Source: Sphingomicrobium sp.
Lineage (GTDB): Bacteria; Pseudomonadota; Alphaproteobacteria; Sphingomonadales; Sphingomonadaceae
Length of the DNA: 64,000 bases
Assembly (NCBI GenBank): GCA_039925985.1
Contig: JBDSXT010000002.1
Span: 2,945-66,944, forward strand
Direction of reading: 5' to 3'
Shown here: piece by piece, positions 1 through 9,584 of the stretch
Layout: every line of letters begins with the position of its first letter
Numbering within the stretch: the first letter of the stretch is position 1
Notes under the pieces: generated by a model
Told to the model about the DNA's origin: nothing
Databases searched by the model: none
Seen by the model: only the letters and a program-made list of their open reading frames with translations
Program-made: the position numbers and the translations under genes

Positions 1-228
1 CGGGCTGCGGCGCAGGCGGCGGCAGACCTCGATTCCGCTGATCCCTTCGATCATCCAGTCGAGGATCACCAGGTCGGGCTTGACCTCGTCGATCAGGATC
101 AGTGCTTCGTCGCCGACCGCGGTGCTGGTGACGGTGAAGCCCTCGCGCCCGAAATGGTATTTGACCAGTTCGGCGAGCGCCCGATCATCCTCGACCAGCA
201 GCAGCCGCTTGGTGCCATTCTTCCCCAT
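1..228 (-). CDS. phoB: Phosphate regulon response regulator PhoB (5' part; runs off window)
   Basis: Manual translation MGKNGTKRLLLVEDDRALAELV...DLVILDWMIEGISGIEVCRRLR is a receiver domain; directly downstream of phoU. Confidence 0.9.
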   Translation of the reverse strand, partial: MGKNGTKRLLLVEDDRALAELVKYHFGREGFTVTSTAVGDEALILIDEVKPDLVILDWMIEGISGIEVCRRLRRSP

Positions 229-231
229 CCG

Positions 232-927
232 TCAGTGGACTTCGTCTTCGGAGCGGTTGCGGTCGGTCAGGTGCAGGCCGGTGGCGGCATAATAGACCAT
301 CTCGGCGATGTTGGTGGCGTGATCGCCGACCCGCTCGAGGTTCTTGGCGACGAACAGCAGGTGCGTCGAATGGCTGATGTTATGCGGGTTTTCCATCATG
401 TGGGTGAGCAGCGCGCGGAAGATCGAGTCATAGAAATCGTCAACCGCGGCATCGCGCTCGCATACCTGGACCGCGACATCGGCGTCGCGCTGGACAAAGG
501 CATCGAGCACGTCATGGACCATGCTAGTCGCGATCCGCGCCATCTCCGGCAGCAATGACATCGGTTCGATCTTGTTGGCACTCTCGATCAGCGGGACGCG
601 CTTGGCGATGTTCTTGGCATAATCGCCGATCCGCTCGACGACTCCGGAAATCTTGAGCGCGGCAACGACATCGCGAAGGTCGCCGGCCATCGGCGCGCGG
701 AGCGCGATCAGCTGCACCGCCCGCCGCTCGGTCTCGACCTCGAGCGCATCGAGTTTCTTGTCATTCTCGACAACCCGAAGCGCGCCTTCGGTGTCGCGTT
801 GGACAAGGCATCGCATCGCCTCGCCGATCGCGTGCTCGGCCAATCCGCCCATCTGGCTAATCAGCGCGCGCAGCCGGTCGATATCTTCGTCGAACGCTTT
901 GAGCGTATGTCCGCTGGTCTGTTGCAT
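232..927 (-). CDS. phoU: Phosphate signalling protein PhoU
   Basis: Two PhoU repeats (ERIGDYAKNIA, ERVGDHATNIAE); lies in the pst operon. Confidence 0.97.
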   Translation of the reverse strand: MQQTSGHTLKAFDEDIDRLRALISQMGGLAEHAIGEAMRCLVQRDTEGALRVVENDKKLDALEVETERRAVQLIALRAPMAGDLRDVVAALKISGVVERIGDYAKNIAKRVPLIESANKIEPMSLLPEMARIATSMVHDVLDAFVQRDADVAVQVCERDAAVDDFYDSIFRALLTHMMENPHNISHSTHLLFVAKNLERVGDHATNIAEMVYYAATGLHLTDRNRSEDEVH

Positions 928-941
928 CGCTTTCGCTCCGA

Positions 942-1877
942 TCAGCCGTAGCGGCCGGTGATGTAATCCTGGGTGCGCTTCTGCGTAGGATTGGTGAAAA
1001 TCTCGCTGGTTTTGCCCGATTCGATCATCTCGCCAAGATGGAAGAAAGCGGTGCGCTGCGACACCCGCGCAGCCTGCTGCATGTTATGTGTGACAATGGC
1101 GATCGCATAACGACCGCGCAGCTCGTGGATCAGTTCCTCGATCTTGGCGGTCGCGATCGGGTCGAGCGCCGAGCACGGCTCGTCCATCAGGATCACTTCG
1201 GGATCGACGGCGATGGCGCGGGCGATGCACAGGCGCTGTTGCTGGCCGCCGGACAAGGAGATGCCGCTTTCGCCGAGGCGGTCCTTGACCTCTTCCCATA
1301 GTCCCGCGCGCTTCAGCGATTTTTCGACGATCTGCTCGAGTTCGGCTTTGGAATTGCCAAGCCCGTGGATGCGGGGGCCATAAGCGACATTCTCGAAGAT
1401 CGACTTGGGAAAGGGGTTGGGCTTCTGGAAGACCATGCCAACGCGGGCGCGCAGCTGGACGACATCCATGTCGGCGCTGTTGATGTCTTCGCCGTCGAGC
1501 TCGATGTGCCCGGTCACCTTGGCGGACGGAATCGTGTCGTTCATCCGGTTGAGCGTTCGCAGGAACGTTGACTTGCCGCAGCCCGACGGGCCGATGAAGG
1601 CGGTGACGCGGTCCTCGTGGATATCGATCGAGACGTCTTTGAGTGCTTGCTTGTCGCCATAGAAAACACTGACGCCTTGAGCGCGCATCTTCGGCGTCCG
1701 CCCCGGTTCTGGCTCGGGTGTCGGCGCTGGCCCTTCGTCGGGAAGCGCGACTTGAGGTTCCGGGGGCAAATCATTGGCCTCCGTGGTCGACGGACCGGCG
1801 CGCGTCGCTTCGGCCGCGATCGCCGCCGACGGCATCGGCATCGGCGTCGTCGCGTTGAGGGGCATTTTTTCTTTCAT
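942..1877 (-). CDS. pstB: Phosphate ABC transporter ATPase PstB with Pro/Ala-rich N-terminal extension
   Basis: [47 protein letters not shown]; start uncertain (1877 or 1865). Confidence 0.95.
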   Translation of the reverse strand: MKEKMPLNATTPMPMPSAAIAAEATRAGPSTTEANDLPPEPQVALPDEGPAPTPEPEPGRTPKMRAQGVSVFYGDKQALKDVSIDIHEDRVTAFIGPSGCGKSTFLRTLNRMNDTIPSAKVTGHIELDGEDINSADMDVVQLRARVGMVFQKPNPFPKSIFENVAYGPRIHGLGNSKAELEQIVEKSLKRAGLWEEVKDRLGESGISLSGGQQQRLCIARAIAVDPEVILMDEPCSALDPIATAKIEELIHELRGRYAIAIVTHNMQQAARVSQRTAFFHLGEMIESGKTSEIFTNPTQKRTQDYITGRYG

Positions 1878-1882
1878 GAGGG

Positions 1883-3136
1883 TCACCAGCGTTGCTCGAA
1901 GCGGTTGCGGAGATAGATGGCGAGGCCGTTCATCAACAGCATGAACAGCAACAGGACGATGATTGCCGCACTGGTCTTCTCGACAAAGCCCCGATCGACC
2001 TCGTCCGACCACAGGAAGATTTGCACCGGCAGGACCGTCGCCGGGTTGGTCAGCCCGCTTGGCGGCGCGGCTATGAACGCCCGCATGCCGATCATCAGCA
2101 GCGGCGCGGTTTCACCCAGCGCCCGGGCCATACCAATGATGGTACCGGTCAGGATGCCGGGAAGGGCGAGGGGGAGCACATGATGGAACACGACCTGCAT
2201 CTTGGACGCCCCAACCCCGAGCGCCGCATCGCGGATCGACGGCGGCACCGAGGTGATCGCGTTTCGCCCGGCGATGACGATCACCGGCATGGTCATCAGC
2301 GCCAGGGTCAGTCCGCCAACCAGCGGCGCTGATCGCGGCAAGTCCATGAAGTTGAGGAACACGGCCAGCCCAAGCAACCCAAAGATGATCGACGGCACTG
2401 CAGCGAGATTGTTAATCGATACTTCGATCGCGTCGGTCCAGCGATTGCGGCGCGCGAATTCCTCGAGATAGACGGCGGACAGCACTCCGATCGGAAACGC
2501 CAGCAGCATCGTCACCATGATCGTCAGGAAGGTGCCCTTGAGGGCCCCCCAGATCCCGACCGCGGACGGGTCGGTCGCGTCGGATTCGGTAAGGAAGTCG
2601 ATGTTGACGGTGCGGCGGAGGGCATTCTTGGCCCGAAGCTGATGAACAAGTTGCTGGATGGCGCCATCGCCGCCTTGTTTGGCCGCGACATCGACCTTGC
2701 TGCCGACCGGAAGCCACAGTTTCGCGCGGCGGCCAAGGAGTCCTGGATCGCGGATCAGCTGCCGGCCAACCGAGCGCTGGGCAGCGGCGCCGAACATTTC
2801 CGCAGCGTCCGGACCGAAGGCCGCGCCGGCGGATTTTGACAAGAGCCCTTCGACGTCGGCCCCGGCCACCACTTCGCTGGCATCGGGGCCCTTCAGTGTC
2901 GCCGGGTCGAGCATCAGGTCGGATCGCGCAAAGTCGATCGGCATTGCGGCCTCGTAGTGAGTAAAGCCGCCGAGTCCCTTCCACGCCATGTTGGACAGCA
3001 GAAATACGAGGAACAGCGCCGACAGGCCGACCGCGAACAGTCCGGCGAAATGGAACCGCCGCTCGGCCGCATAGCGCTTGCGCAACCGAGCATCGTTGGA
3101 GGCGCCAGTTCGTTGGGGGTGGGCCACGCTACTCAT
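1883..3136 (-). CDS. pstA: Phosphate ABC permease PstA
   Basis: [24 protein letters not shown]; operon position. Confidence 0.95.
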   Translation of the reverse strand: MSSVAHPQRTGASNDARLRKRYAAERRFHFAGLFAVGLSALFLVFLLSNMAWKGLGGFTHYEAAMPIDFARSDLMLDPATLKGPDASEVVAGADVEGLLSKSAGAAFGPDAAEMFGAAAQRSVGRQLIRDPGLLGRRAKLWLPVGSKVDVAAKQGGDGAIQQLVHQLRAKNALRRTVNIDFLTESDATDPSAVGIWGALKGTFLTIMVTMLLAFPIGVLSAVYLEEFARRNRWTDAIEVSINNLAAVPSIIFGLLGLAVFLNFMDLPRSAPLVGGLTLALMTMPVIVIAGRNAITSVPPSIRDAALGVGASKMQVVFHHVLPLALPGILTGTIIGMARALGETAPLLMIGMRAFIAAPPSGLTNPATVLPVQIFLWSDEVDRGFVEKTSAAIIVLLLFMLLMNGLAIYLRNRFEQRW

Positions 3137-4508
3137 AAGCCTCTCGGTAACGGCGCACGACGGTCAGCGCGATGAGGTTGAGGACCAGCGTAATCAGGAA
3201 CAGCGCAAGGCCAAGCGCGAAGGCGGCAAGCGTCTTGGCGCTGTCGAATTCCTGGTCTCCGGTAAGCAATTGGACGATCTGGGTGGTGACCGTGGTTACG
3301 CTAGCGAAGGGATTGGCGGTCATGTTCGCGGCAAGCCCGGCGGCCATGACGACGATCATCGTCTCGCCGATCGCCCGGCTGACGGCCAGCAGGACGCCGC
3401 CGACGACCCCAGGCAAGGCGGCCGGCAACACAACCTTCCGGATCGTCTCCGACTTGGTCGCGCCCATCGCCAACGATCCGTCGCGCATCGCCTGCGGCAC
3501 TGCGGCGATCGAATCGTCGGCCATCGAGCTGATGAACGGAATGATCATGATGCCCATCACCAGCCCGGCGGCGAGCGCGCTTTCGCTGCTTGCCGACGAA
3601 ACGCCGATCGCGATTCCGAAGTCGCGGACGTGCGGGGCGACCGTCAGCGCCGCGAAATATCCGTAGACCACGGTCGGGATACCGGCGAGGATTTCGAGGA
3701 TCGGCTTCATCCAGGAGCGCACCCGCGGGTGAGCGTATTGCGTGAGGTAGATAGCGCTCATCAGGCCCAGCGGAATCGCGACGATCATGGCGATGATCGC
3801 GCCGATGAACACCGTTCCCCAAAACAAAGGGATCGACCCGAACGCGCCCGACGACCCGGCCTGGTCCGCGCGCAACGCCATTTGTGGGCTCCACTGGGTG
3901 CCGAAGACGAATTCGGTCACTGGCACCAATTTGAAGAAGCGCAGGCTCTCGAACATCAGCGACAGCAGGATTCCCAGCGTCGTCAGGGTGGCGATCAGCG
4001 AGGCGGCAACGAGCAGCGCCATCACCCATCTTTCGACCCCGGTGCGGGCGCGGAACCCGGGCGCGCTGCGTCGCAGGGAAAACACGGCGCCGGCGAGCGC
4101 AAATAGGATGGCGATGCCGCCGCCGATGGTCGCGAAGCGATTCTCGGCCTCGGCGAAGCGCGGCACGAGCGTTGTCGATTCGGGGTTGAAGCCGGCGTCG
4201 CGCTGGCCGCTGGCGATCTCTCGCGCTTCGGAAAGGATCGACTGGCGCTGCATTTCGAACGTCGGCAACACGCGACCTTCGGGGCTTGCCAGCACCGACT
4301 GGTCGACGAAACGCGACTGCACCGGCGACCACAGGGCGAGGAACAGCAAGGCGGGCAGGGCTGCCCACATTGCCGCATAGGCCGCGTGATAGACGGGCAG
4401 CGAGTGCAGCCTGGTCGTGCCGCGCAGGCGGCTGGCCCGGGCAAAGCCGAGCCAGCCGGCGATCGCGGCGATGGCCAGCACCGCGGCGAGCGCAATGGTC
4501 AAAGACAT
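3129..4508 (-). CDS. pstC: Phosphate ABC permease PstC
   Basis: LAGIPTVVYG, SRAIGETMIV; operon position. Confidence 0.95.
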   Translation of the reverse strand: MSLTIALAAVLAIAAIAGWLGFARASRLRGTTRLHSLPVYHAAYAAMWAALPALLFLALWSPVQSRFVDQSVLASPEGRVLPTFEMQRQSILSEAREIASGQRDAGFNPESTTLVPRFAEAENRFATIGGGIAILFALAGAVFSLRRSAPGFRARTGVERWVMALLVAASLIATLTTLGILLSLMFESLRFFKLVPVTEFVFGTQWSPQMALRADQAGSSGAFGSIPLFWGTVFIGAIIAMIVAIPLGLMSAIYLTQYAHPRVRSWMKPILEILAGIPTVVYGYFAALTVAPHVRDFGIAIGVSSASSESALAAGLVMGIMIIPFISSMADDSIAAVPQAMRDGSLAMGATKSETIRKVVLPAALPGVVGGVLLAVSRAIGETMIVVMAAGLAANMTANPFASVTTVTTQIVQLLTGDQEFDSAKTLAAFALGLALFLITLVLNLIALTVVRRYREAYE

Positions 4509-4526
4509 GGCGCCCCCGCCCTTCGC

Positions 4527-5564
4527 TTACTTCAGCGTTGCCGGATCGAGCGGCGTCAGCGTCGTCGCTTGCGCCGCCGCGGCGCTGGCATCGGCGCCGC
4601 CGAAGGGGACTAGCCCCAGCCGCTCGAGCGATCCGCCCTTGCCCCACGCCTTGGCGTAGGCTGCGACCAGATCCTTGATCCTCGGCTTGGCGACCAAATG
4701 CTCGCCCTTGACGTAGATGTAGAGCTTGCGCGCGCCGGGATAGGACAGGTCGCCGATCGTCGCTTCGGTCGGCGCGACACCGGCGATCTGCACGGCGCGG
4801 ACCTTGTCGGCATTCTCCTCGAGGTAGGAGAAGCCCAGTACGCCCAGCGTACCCGGGTCGGCAGCGACCTTCTGGACGAGCAGATTGTCATTCTCGCCGG
4901 CTTCGACGAACGCGCCGTCCTCGCGGACCTTGGTGCAGATGTCCTTATGCTTGGCCTCATCCGTCGTCTTCAATTCCTTCATCGCCGGATCGCTTTCGCA
5001 GCCCTTGGTCAGATAAAGGTCGGCGAGGCTGTCGCGCGTGCCCGATGTCGGTGGCGGGCCAAGCACCCGGATCTTGGTTGCCGGAAGCGCCGGATTGACA
5101 TCGTGCCAAGTCTTGGCCGTGTTGGGTCCCTTGCCGAACGGATTGGCGGCCAGCGCCTTGTAGATGTCGGCCTGGGTCAAGTTCATCGGAGCGGAGCTAG
5201 TCGCCTCGATCAGGGTTAACCCGTCGATCCCGATCGGCACTTCGATAATGCTCTTGGCCCCCGCCTTGGCGCAGGCGTCATACTCGCTCTTTTTCATCGG
5301 CCGCGATGCATCGACGATGTCGGGGAAGGTTCCTCCCACGCCGCCGCAGAACAGCTTGATTCCTGCCCCGGTGCCGGTCGATTCGACGATCACGCTGGAT
5401 CCTGCGGTGGCGCGCTGGAAACCTTCGGCAACCGCCTTGGTAAACGGGTAGACGGTCGACGAGCCGACGATCTTGATCTGCTGGCTCGAACCGCCCTGCG
5501 AACCATTGCTGCCGCAAGCGGCAAGCAATCCAGTAGCGGCCAAGAGCGCGAAATATTTTGTCAT
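4527..5564 (-). CDS. pstS: Phosphate-binding lipoprotein PstS
   Basis: Lipobox LLAAC; GSSTVYP, ESTGTGAG, GPPPTSGTRD motifs. Confidence 0.92.
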   Translation of the reverse strand: MTKYFALLAATGLLAACGSNGSQGGSSQQIKIVGSSTVYPFTKAVAEGFQRATAGSSVIVESTGTGAGIKLFCGGVGGTFPDIVDASRPMKKSEYDACAKAGAKSIIEVPIGIDGLTLIEATSSAPMNLTQADIYKALAANPFGKGPNTAKTWHDVNPALPATKIRVLGPPPTSGTRDSLADLYLTKGCESDPAMKELKTTDEAKHKDICTKVREDGAFVEAGENDNLLVQKVAADPGTLGVLGFSYLEENADKVRAVQIAGVAPTEATIGDLSYPGARKLYIYVKGEHLVAKPRIKDLVAAYAKAWGKGGSLERLGLVPFGGADASAAAAQATTLTPLDPATLK

Positions 5565-5611
5565 CGGTGAGTCCTTGGCGAAGGGTGCTATTGGCAGTCG
5601 CCTTAGCCCCG

Positions 5612-5655
5612 GCATCTGACGGCTGTATGACAGACATGTGACAGCGTTATGACAG
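5612..5655 (-). promoter_or_regulatory. Pho-box array (four PhoB half-sites) upstream of pstS
   Basis: Minus strand CTGTCATAACG-CTGTCACATGT-CTGTCATACAG-CCGTCAGATGC, exact 11-bp period. Confidence 0.9.
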
Positions 5656-6660
5656 AGGGGGCGTCTCCGAGGCCGCCGGCAGTCGGGCTACAACTTCCGT
5701 ACCTTGGCCGACCGTGCTCAGGATATCGAGCGTCCCTTTATGGCGCTCGACGATGTGCTTGACGATCGCCAGCCCGAGGCCGGTTCCGCCCGACTCGCGG
5801 CTGCGGGCGGCGTCGATTCGGTAAAAGCGCTCTGTCACCCGGCGTAGGTGCTCGCGAGCAATTCCCGGGCCGTTGTCGGCGACCGACAGGCGGATCCAGC
5901 CGCCATCGCGGATTGCCGACACGCGGATGATGCATTCGCTTTGCTCGCAGCCGTAGCGGATCGCGTTGCTCAGCAGATTGTCGACCAACTGCTGCAACTG
6001 AGCGCGGTCGCCGAGGATGGCCGGCAGATCTTGCTCGACGTCGAGCCGGATACTGCATTGCTGCGCTCCCCGGCATGCGTTCTCGACCGCGCTCGCGGCG
6101 ACTTCGGCGACCGAAACCCGGTTGCCGGGCGTGACAAACCGGACCGCCTCGATCCGCGACAGGCTCATCAAATCCTCGATGATCCGCAACATGCGCTTGG
6201 CTTCGCCGCGAATGATCGCGCCGAATTTCGCGCGATGTTCGGCGTCGATGTCGGCCTCGTCGGCGAGCGATTCCGAATAACCAAGAATGGTCGACAAAGG
6301 CGTCCGCAGTTCGTGGCTGGCGTTGGCGACGAAATCGACCCGCATTTTTTCCGCCGCAATTGCCGCCGATCGGTCGATCAGCCTGACCAGCAGCATTTTG
6401 CCGTCGATCTGGCGGATCGACAGCGTCCACGGCCGCCCGAACTGGCCAATGCCGGTGATTTCAACATCGCCGGCCGCGCCCGGCAGGATATGTTCGAGCG
6501 CCTCGGGATGGCGGATCGCCAGACGAATGTCCTTGCCCTCGATGCCTGGCCCGAGAAGCGCATGCGCCGCGGCATTCGCATAATGGACGACGCCGCGGTC
6601 GATAACCATCGCGGGTTCGTCAAGCGCGTCGAGAAACGATTGGGTGCCGGCCTGTGCCAT
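5647..6660 (-). CDS. phoR: Sensor histidine kinase PhoR (PAS-HisKA-HATPase, no transmembrane segment)
   Basis: DFVANASHELRTPL, NLLSNAIRY, DNGPG, ERFYRID, GTGLGLAIVKHI; within the pho locus. Confidence 0.9.
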   Translation of the reverse strand: MAQAGTQSFLDALDEPAMVIDRGVVHYANAAAHALLGPGIEGKDIRLAIRHPEALEHILPGAAGDVEITGIGQFGRPWTLSIRQIDGKMLLVRLIDRSAAIAAEKMRVDFVANASHELRTPLSTILGYSESLADEADIDAEHRAKFGAIIRGEAKRMLRIIEDLMSLSRIEAVRFVTPGNRVSVAEVAASAVENACRGAQQCSIRLDVEQDLPAILGDRAQLQQLVDNLLSNAIRYGCEQSECIIRVSAIRDGGWIRLSVADNGPGIAREHLRRVTERFYRIDAARSRESGGTGLGLAIVKHIVERHKGTLDILSTVGQGTEVVARLPAASETPPLS

Positions 6661-6718
6661 GGTTTGTGTCTGTAGCGTATCGGGCAATGAGGGCCATCCA
6701 ATTGACGCAGGGAAATGA

Positions 6719-6744
6719 CCCCCTCGCCCGGTGGGACGAGGGGG
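6719..6744 (-). terminator. Stem-loop after the porin gene
   Basis: Inverted repeat CCCCCTCG...CGAGGGGG followed by a short T-rich tail on the minus strand. Confidence 0.5.
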
Positions 6745-6775
6745 ATCCTTTCCCAAGGAGAGTCGGACCGAAAGG

Positions 6776-8326
6776 CTAGAATTCGAGCTGAGCTCGGATG
6801 GCTGCGGTATCGACGCCGTATTTGCGCTTGTTGACCGGCTTGCTGGAGGTTGGGTCGAGGGCCGCGGCGCGCGGCCCGCCGGTGACATCGACATGGCCGA
6901 ACTGGGCCATGAACCGGAGATAATCCATCGGGTTCCAGATCACGCTCGCCTGGAGGCCCAATTGCTTGCCTCCGTTGACGTAGAATGGCGCCGCGACCGA
7001 CGACGAACCGCCGTCGACATCGTCGGACAGGTCAACGTAATCGACGCGGCCGTTGACCTGGATCGCGCCCCATCCGCCATCCTGGAATGGCTTCAGCACC
7101 TTGGTCCGGTCCCACTTGCCACCCTTGTAGCCGCGGGTCTCGCCGGTCAGGAAATAGCCAAGTTCGAAATAGCCGCCGGTGAAGCTGGGGTTGCCGTTCA
7201 ACCCGACGGCGCCCGACGGAATGGTGTCGTTGGTATCGGACACGAGGTTGAAGGCGGTAATTTGCGCCGGTGTGAAGGTGCCCTTGGTCCACAATTTCTG
7301 GGCTTCGGCGGCGACGTGAAGGCTTTTGTGGATGGCGGCGAATTCCAACCCGATGGCATTGTCGCTTTTCGAGGCGAGGTTGCCGGAATCGACGAAGCGC
7401 TGGTCGGTGATTTGGGTCAGCGGCCGCGAACGATACTGTTGGGCCAGTGATTCCCGGCTGTTCTCGCGGTGCTGGAAGTTGGCGCCTAGGTGGAGGCGAG
7501 TGCTGCCCAGCATCGGCGAATAGACACCGCGCAGCGACGCTTGCCAGCCAGTGCGGGTGAAGTTGGTGTCGTTGATCGGCTGGCTGAACAGGCCAGCCTG
7601 GAGGACGTAACTATCGGCCTTCTTGTCCGATAGCTGGACGCCGATGCCAAGGCGCCGGTTGTAATTGAACGCATCGGTGAATGAAGCACGCTCAAGCATG
7701 CTGCCCAAGCGCGAGCTCGTCATCGTTTCTAGGCTTGAGTAGGGATAGAAGTTGCCGATGCTGACCTGAAGCGGGCTTTTCTTGAAATCGTAGGTGAGGA
7801 TGATGTCCTCATAGTCGACCGTGCCTTGGGCGAAGTTGAACTCCGCTTTATAGCCGAAGCCGCCCGGCAGGGTGCCTTCGGCGCCGAAGACGATGCGGCG
7901 GGCGCGGGTGTTCCAGCCGAGGTTGGCGAAGTTCAACCCGCCCAGCGTGCCGCGACGCTCGCCATTCGGAAAGCCGACATAGCCGGCGTCGAATTGCATG
8001 AACCCCTTGGGCTTGAAACTGAAGCCAGCGTCTTTGTCGTCAAATTGCGGCCCGCCCTTCCAGGTCGGCGTGGTCTTGGCTATTTGAGTCTTGACGCCTT
8101 CCAGGGCTTCCTGAAGCGCTTCGACCTGGGCTTGCAGAAGCTCGATCTTGGCTTCCGCGTCATCGACCGGAGCGGCCGCCGCAATCGCCGCATCGGCGGT
8201 GGCGTCGGACTGATCGGGCTCGGTCGGCTCTTGCTGGGCCGCGGCCGGCTCTTGGGCCATTGCAGTGGTTGAAAATACGAGCGCGCTTCCGCCGAGGAGC
8301 GCAGCCAAAAACGTCTTGCGGATCAT
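6776..8326 (-). CDS. OprO/OprP-family phosphate-selective porin
   Basis: Signal peptide, coiled-coil N-terminus, RARRIVFG, LETMTSS..MLER, C-terminal Phe; sits between pstS2 and phoR. Confidence 0.88.
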   Translation of the reverse strand: MIRKTFLAALLGGSALVFSTTAMAQEPAAAQQEPTEPDQSDATADAAIAAAAPVDDAEAKIELLQAQVEALQEALEGVKTQIAKTTPTWKGGPQFDDKDAGFSFKPKGFMQFDAGYVGFPNGERRGTLGGLNFANLGWNTRARRIVFGAEGTLPGGFGYKAEFNFAQGTVDYEDIILTYDFKKSPLQVSIGNFYPYSSLETMTSSRLGSMLERASFTDAFNYNRRLGIGVQLSDKKADSYVLQAGLFSQPINDTNFTRTGWQASLRGVYSPMLGSTRLHLGANFQHRENSRESLAQQYRSRPLTQITDQRFVDSGNLASKSDNAIGLEFAAIHKSLHVAAEAQKLWTKGTFTPAQITAFNLVSDTNDTIPSGAVGLNGNPSFTGGYFELGYFLTGETRGYKGGKWDRTKVLKPFQDGGWGAIQVNGRVDYVDLSDDVDGGSSSVAAPFYVNGGKQLGLQASVIWNPMDYLRFMAQFGHVDVTGGPRAAALDPTSSKPVNKRKYGVDTAAIRAQLEF

Positions 8327-8363
8327 TGGAATTCCCTTTCCCCCGCCTCGCTATGGAGGCTCC

Positions 8364-8392
8364 GAGCGCCCGTCGGACATCGACGGGCGCTC
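8364..8392. other. Intercistronic 12-bp hairpin between pstS2 and the porin
   Basis: GAGCGCCCGTCG-GACAT-CGACGGGCGCTC; no U-tract, so more likely an mRNA stabiliser or partial terminator. Confidence 0.6.
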
Positions 8393-8421
8393 AATTCATC
8401 GTGGTTGGTAGACGGCTAGCT

Positions 8422-9456
8422 CTATTTGAGGCCGGCCAGGTTGAGTGGCGACAAGGTCCGTGCGGCAGCCTGGCTGCGCGCCCGGATGTTGCCGGGAGCA
8501 GCGACCATCCCCGAGCGGAGCAGGTATCCGTTCGGCCCGAACGTGCTTTCCTTGGTGAACTCGGCGATGAAGGCCCGCACCGCCGGAATGGCGCCGACGT
8601 GGGCATTCTTAACGTACACATAGAGTGGCCGCGCGCCGGGATATTTGAAGCTGCTGATCGACTGGTAGGTCGGCACCACGCCGTTGACCGGAATGCCTTT
8701 CAGCTTGTCGGCGTTCTCCTCGAGGTAGGAGTAGCCGAACACGCCGACGGTGCCGGGATTGCCCTCGAGCTTTTGGACGATCAGATTGTCGTTCTCGCCC
8801 GCTTCGATGTACGCGCCGTCGCTCCGCACCGCGGTGCAGATCGCTTTATACTTGGCTTCATCGGACTTCTTCATCGCCGCCATGCCAGGGTTGGAATCGC
8901 ACGGCGGAGTCATGATCAGCTCGCCCAGCGCGTCGCGGGTGCCGCTGGTCGTTGGCGGTCCATAGACCCGGATCGGAAGTGCCGGCAGCTTGCCGTTGAC
9001 GTCTTTCCAGGTCTTTGCCCGATTGGGTCTGCCGAACGGCGTCTTGGCAATCGCCAGATAAATATCGCGCTGGGTCAAGCCGGCGATCGGGGTCCGCTTC
9101 GACGTGGCGAAAGCGACGCCGTCCAAGCCGACCTGGATCTCGGTGACTTTTATGACGCCGTTGGCGGCGCACAGTTTGGCTTCTGACGCTTTCATCCGGC
9201 GCGAGGCGTTTTCGACGTCCGGGAAGCGCTCGCCGACGCCGGCGCAAAACAGCTTCATCCCGGCACCGGTGCCAGTCGATTCGATGATCGGCGTTCCGAG
9301 CCTCGGATTGGCTCGGGCGACTCGTTCGGCAACCGCCTTTGCAAACGGATAGACGGTGGATGAGCCGACGGCGCGCATCTGGCTTCGGGCGTCGGCTGCG
9401 CTCGGCAGCGAAACCGCCGCCAGCAGCATCGCCGCGTAAGTGAATTTCTGTTTCAT
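8422..9456 (-). CDS. pstS: Second phosphate-binding protein (PstS paralog, Sec signal peptide)
   Basis: GSSTVYP, ESTGTGAG, GPPTTSGTRD; clearly similar to 4527..5564. Confidence 0.9.
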   Translation of the reverse strand: MKQKFTYAAMLLAAVSLPSAADARSQMRAVGSSTVYPFAKAVAERVARANPRLGTPIIESTGTGAGMKLFCAGVGERFPDVENASRRMKASEAKLCAANGVIKVTEIQVGLDGVAFATSKRTPIAGLTQRDIYLAIAKTPFGRPNRAKTWKDVNGKLPALPIRVYGPPTTSGTRDALGELIMTPPCDSNPGMAAMKKSDEAKYKAICTAVRSDGAYIEAGENDNLIVQKLEGNPGTVGVFGYSYLEENADKLKGIPVNGVVPTYQSISSFKYPGARPLYVYVKNAHVGAIPAVRAFIAEFTKESTFGPNGYLLRSGMVAAPGNIRARSQAAARTLSPLNLAGLK

Positions 9457-9522
9457 CTGAGTCCCCTGATGGGCAGCACAACGCCGTCCGACGACTCGCG
9501 ATTTAGGAGCGAAAAGCTACGC

Positions 9523-9555
9523 GCGAATGACGCGTCCATGACACATTGATGACAG
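9523..9555 (-). promoter_or_regulatory. Pho-box array (three half-sites) upstream of pstS2-porin-phoR
   Basis: Minus strand CTGTCATCAAT-GTGTCATGGAC-GCGTCATTCGC, 11-bp period. Confidence 0.85.
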
Positions 9556-9584
9556 CCCACCCGGCGCCGCGAGGAACTCGCAAT

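Noticed and set aside
6661-6894. Longer PhoR ORF start from the ORF track (415 aa)
   Set aside because: The extension overlaps the porin 3' end and its terminator and has no TM or sensor character.
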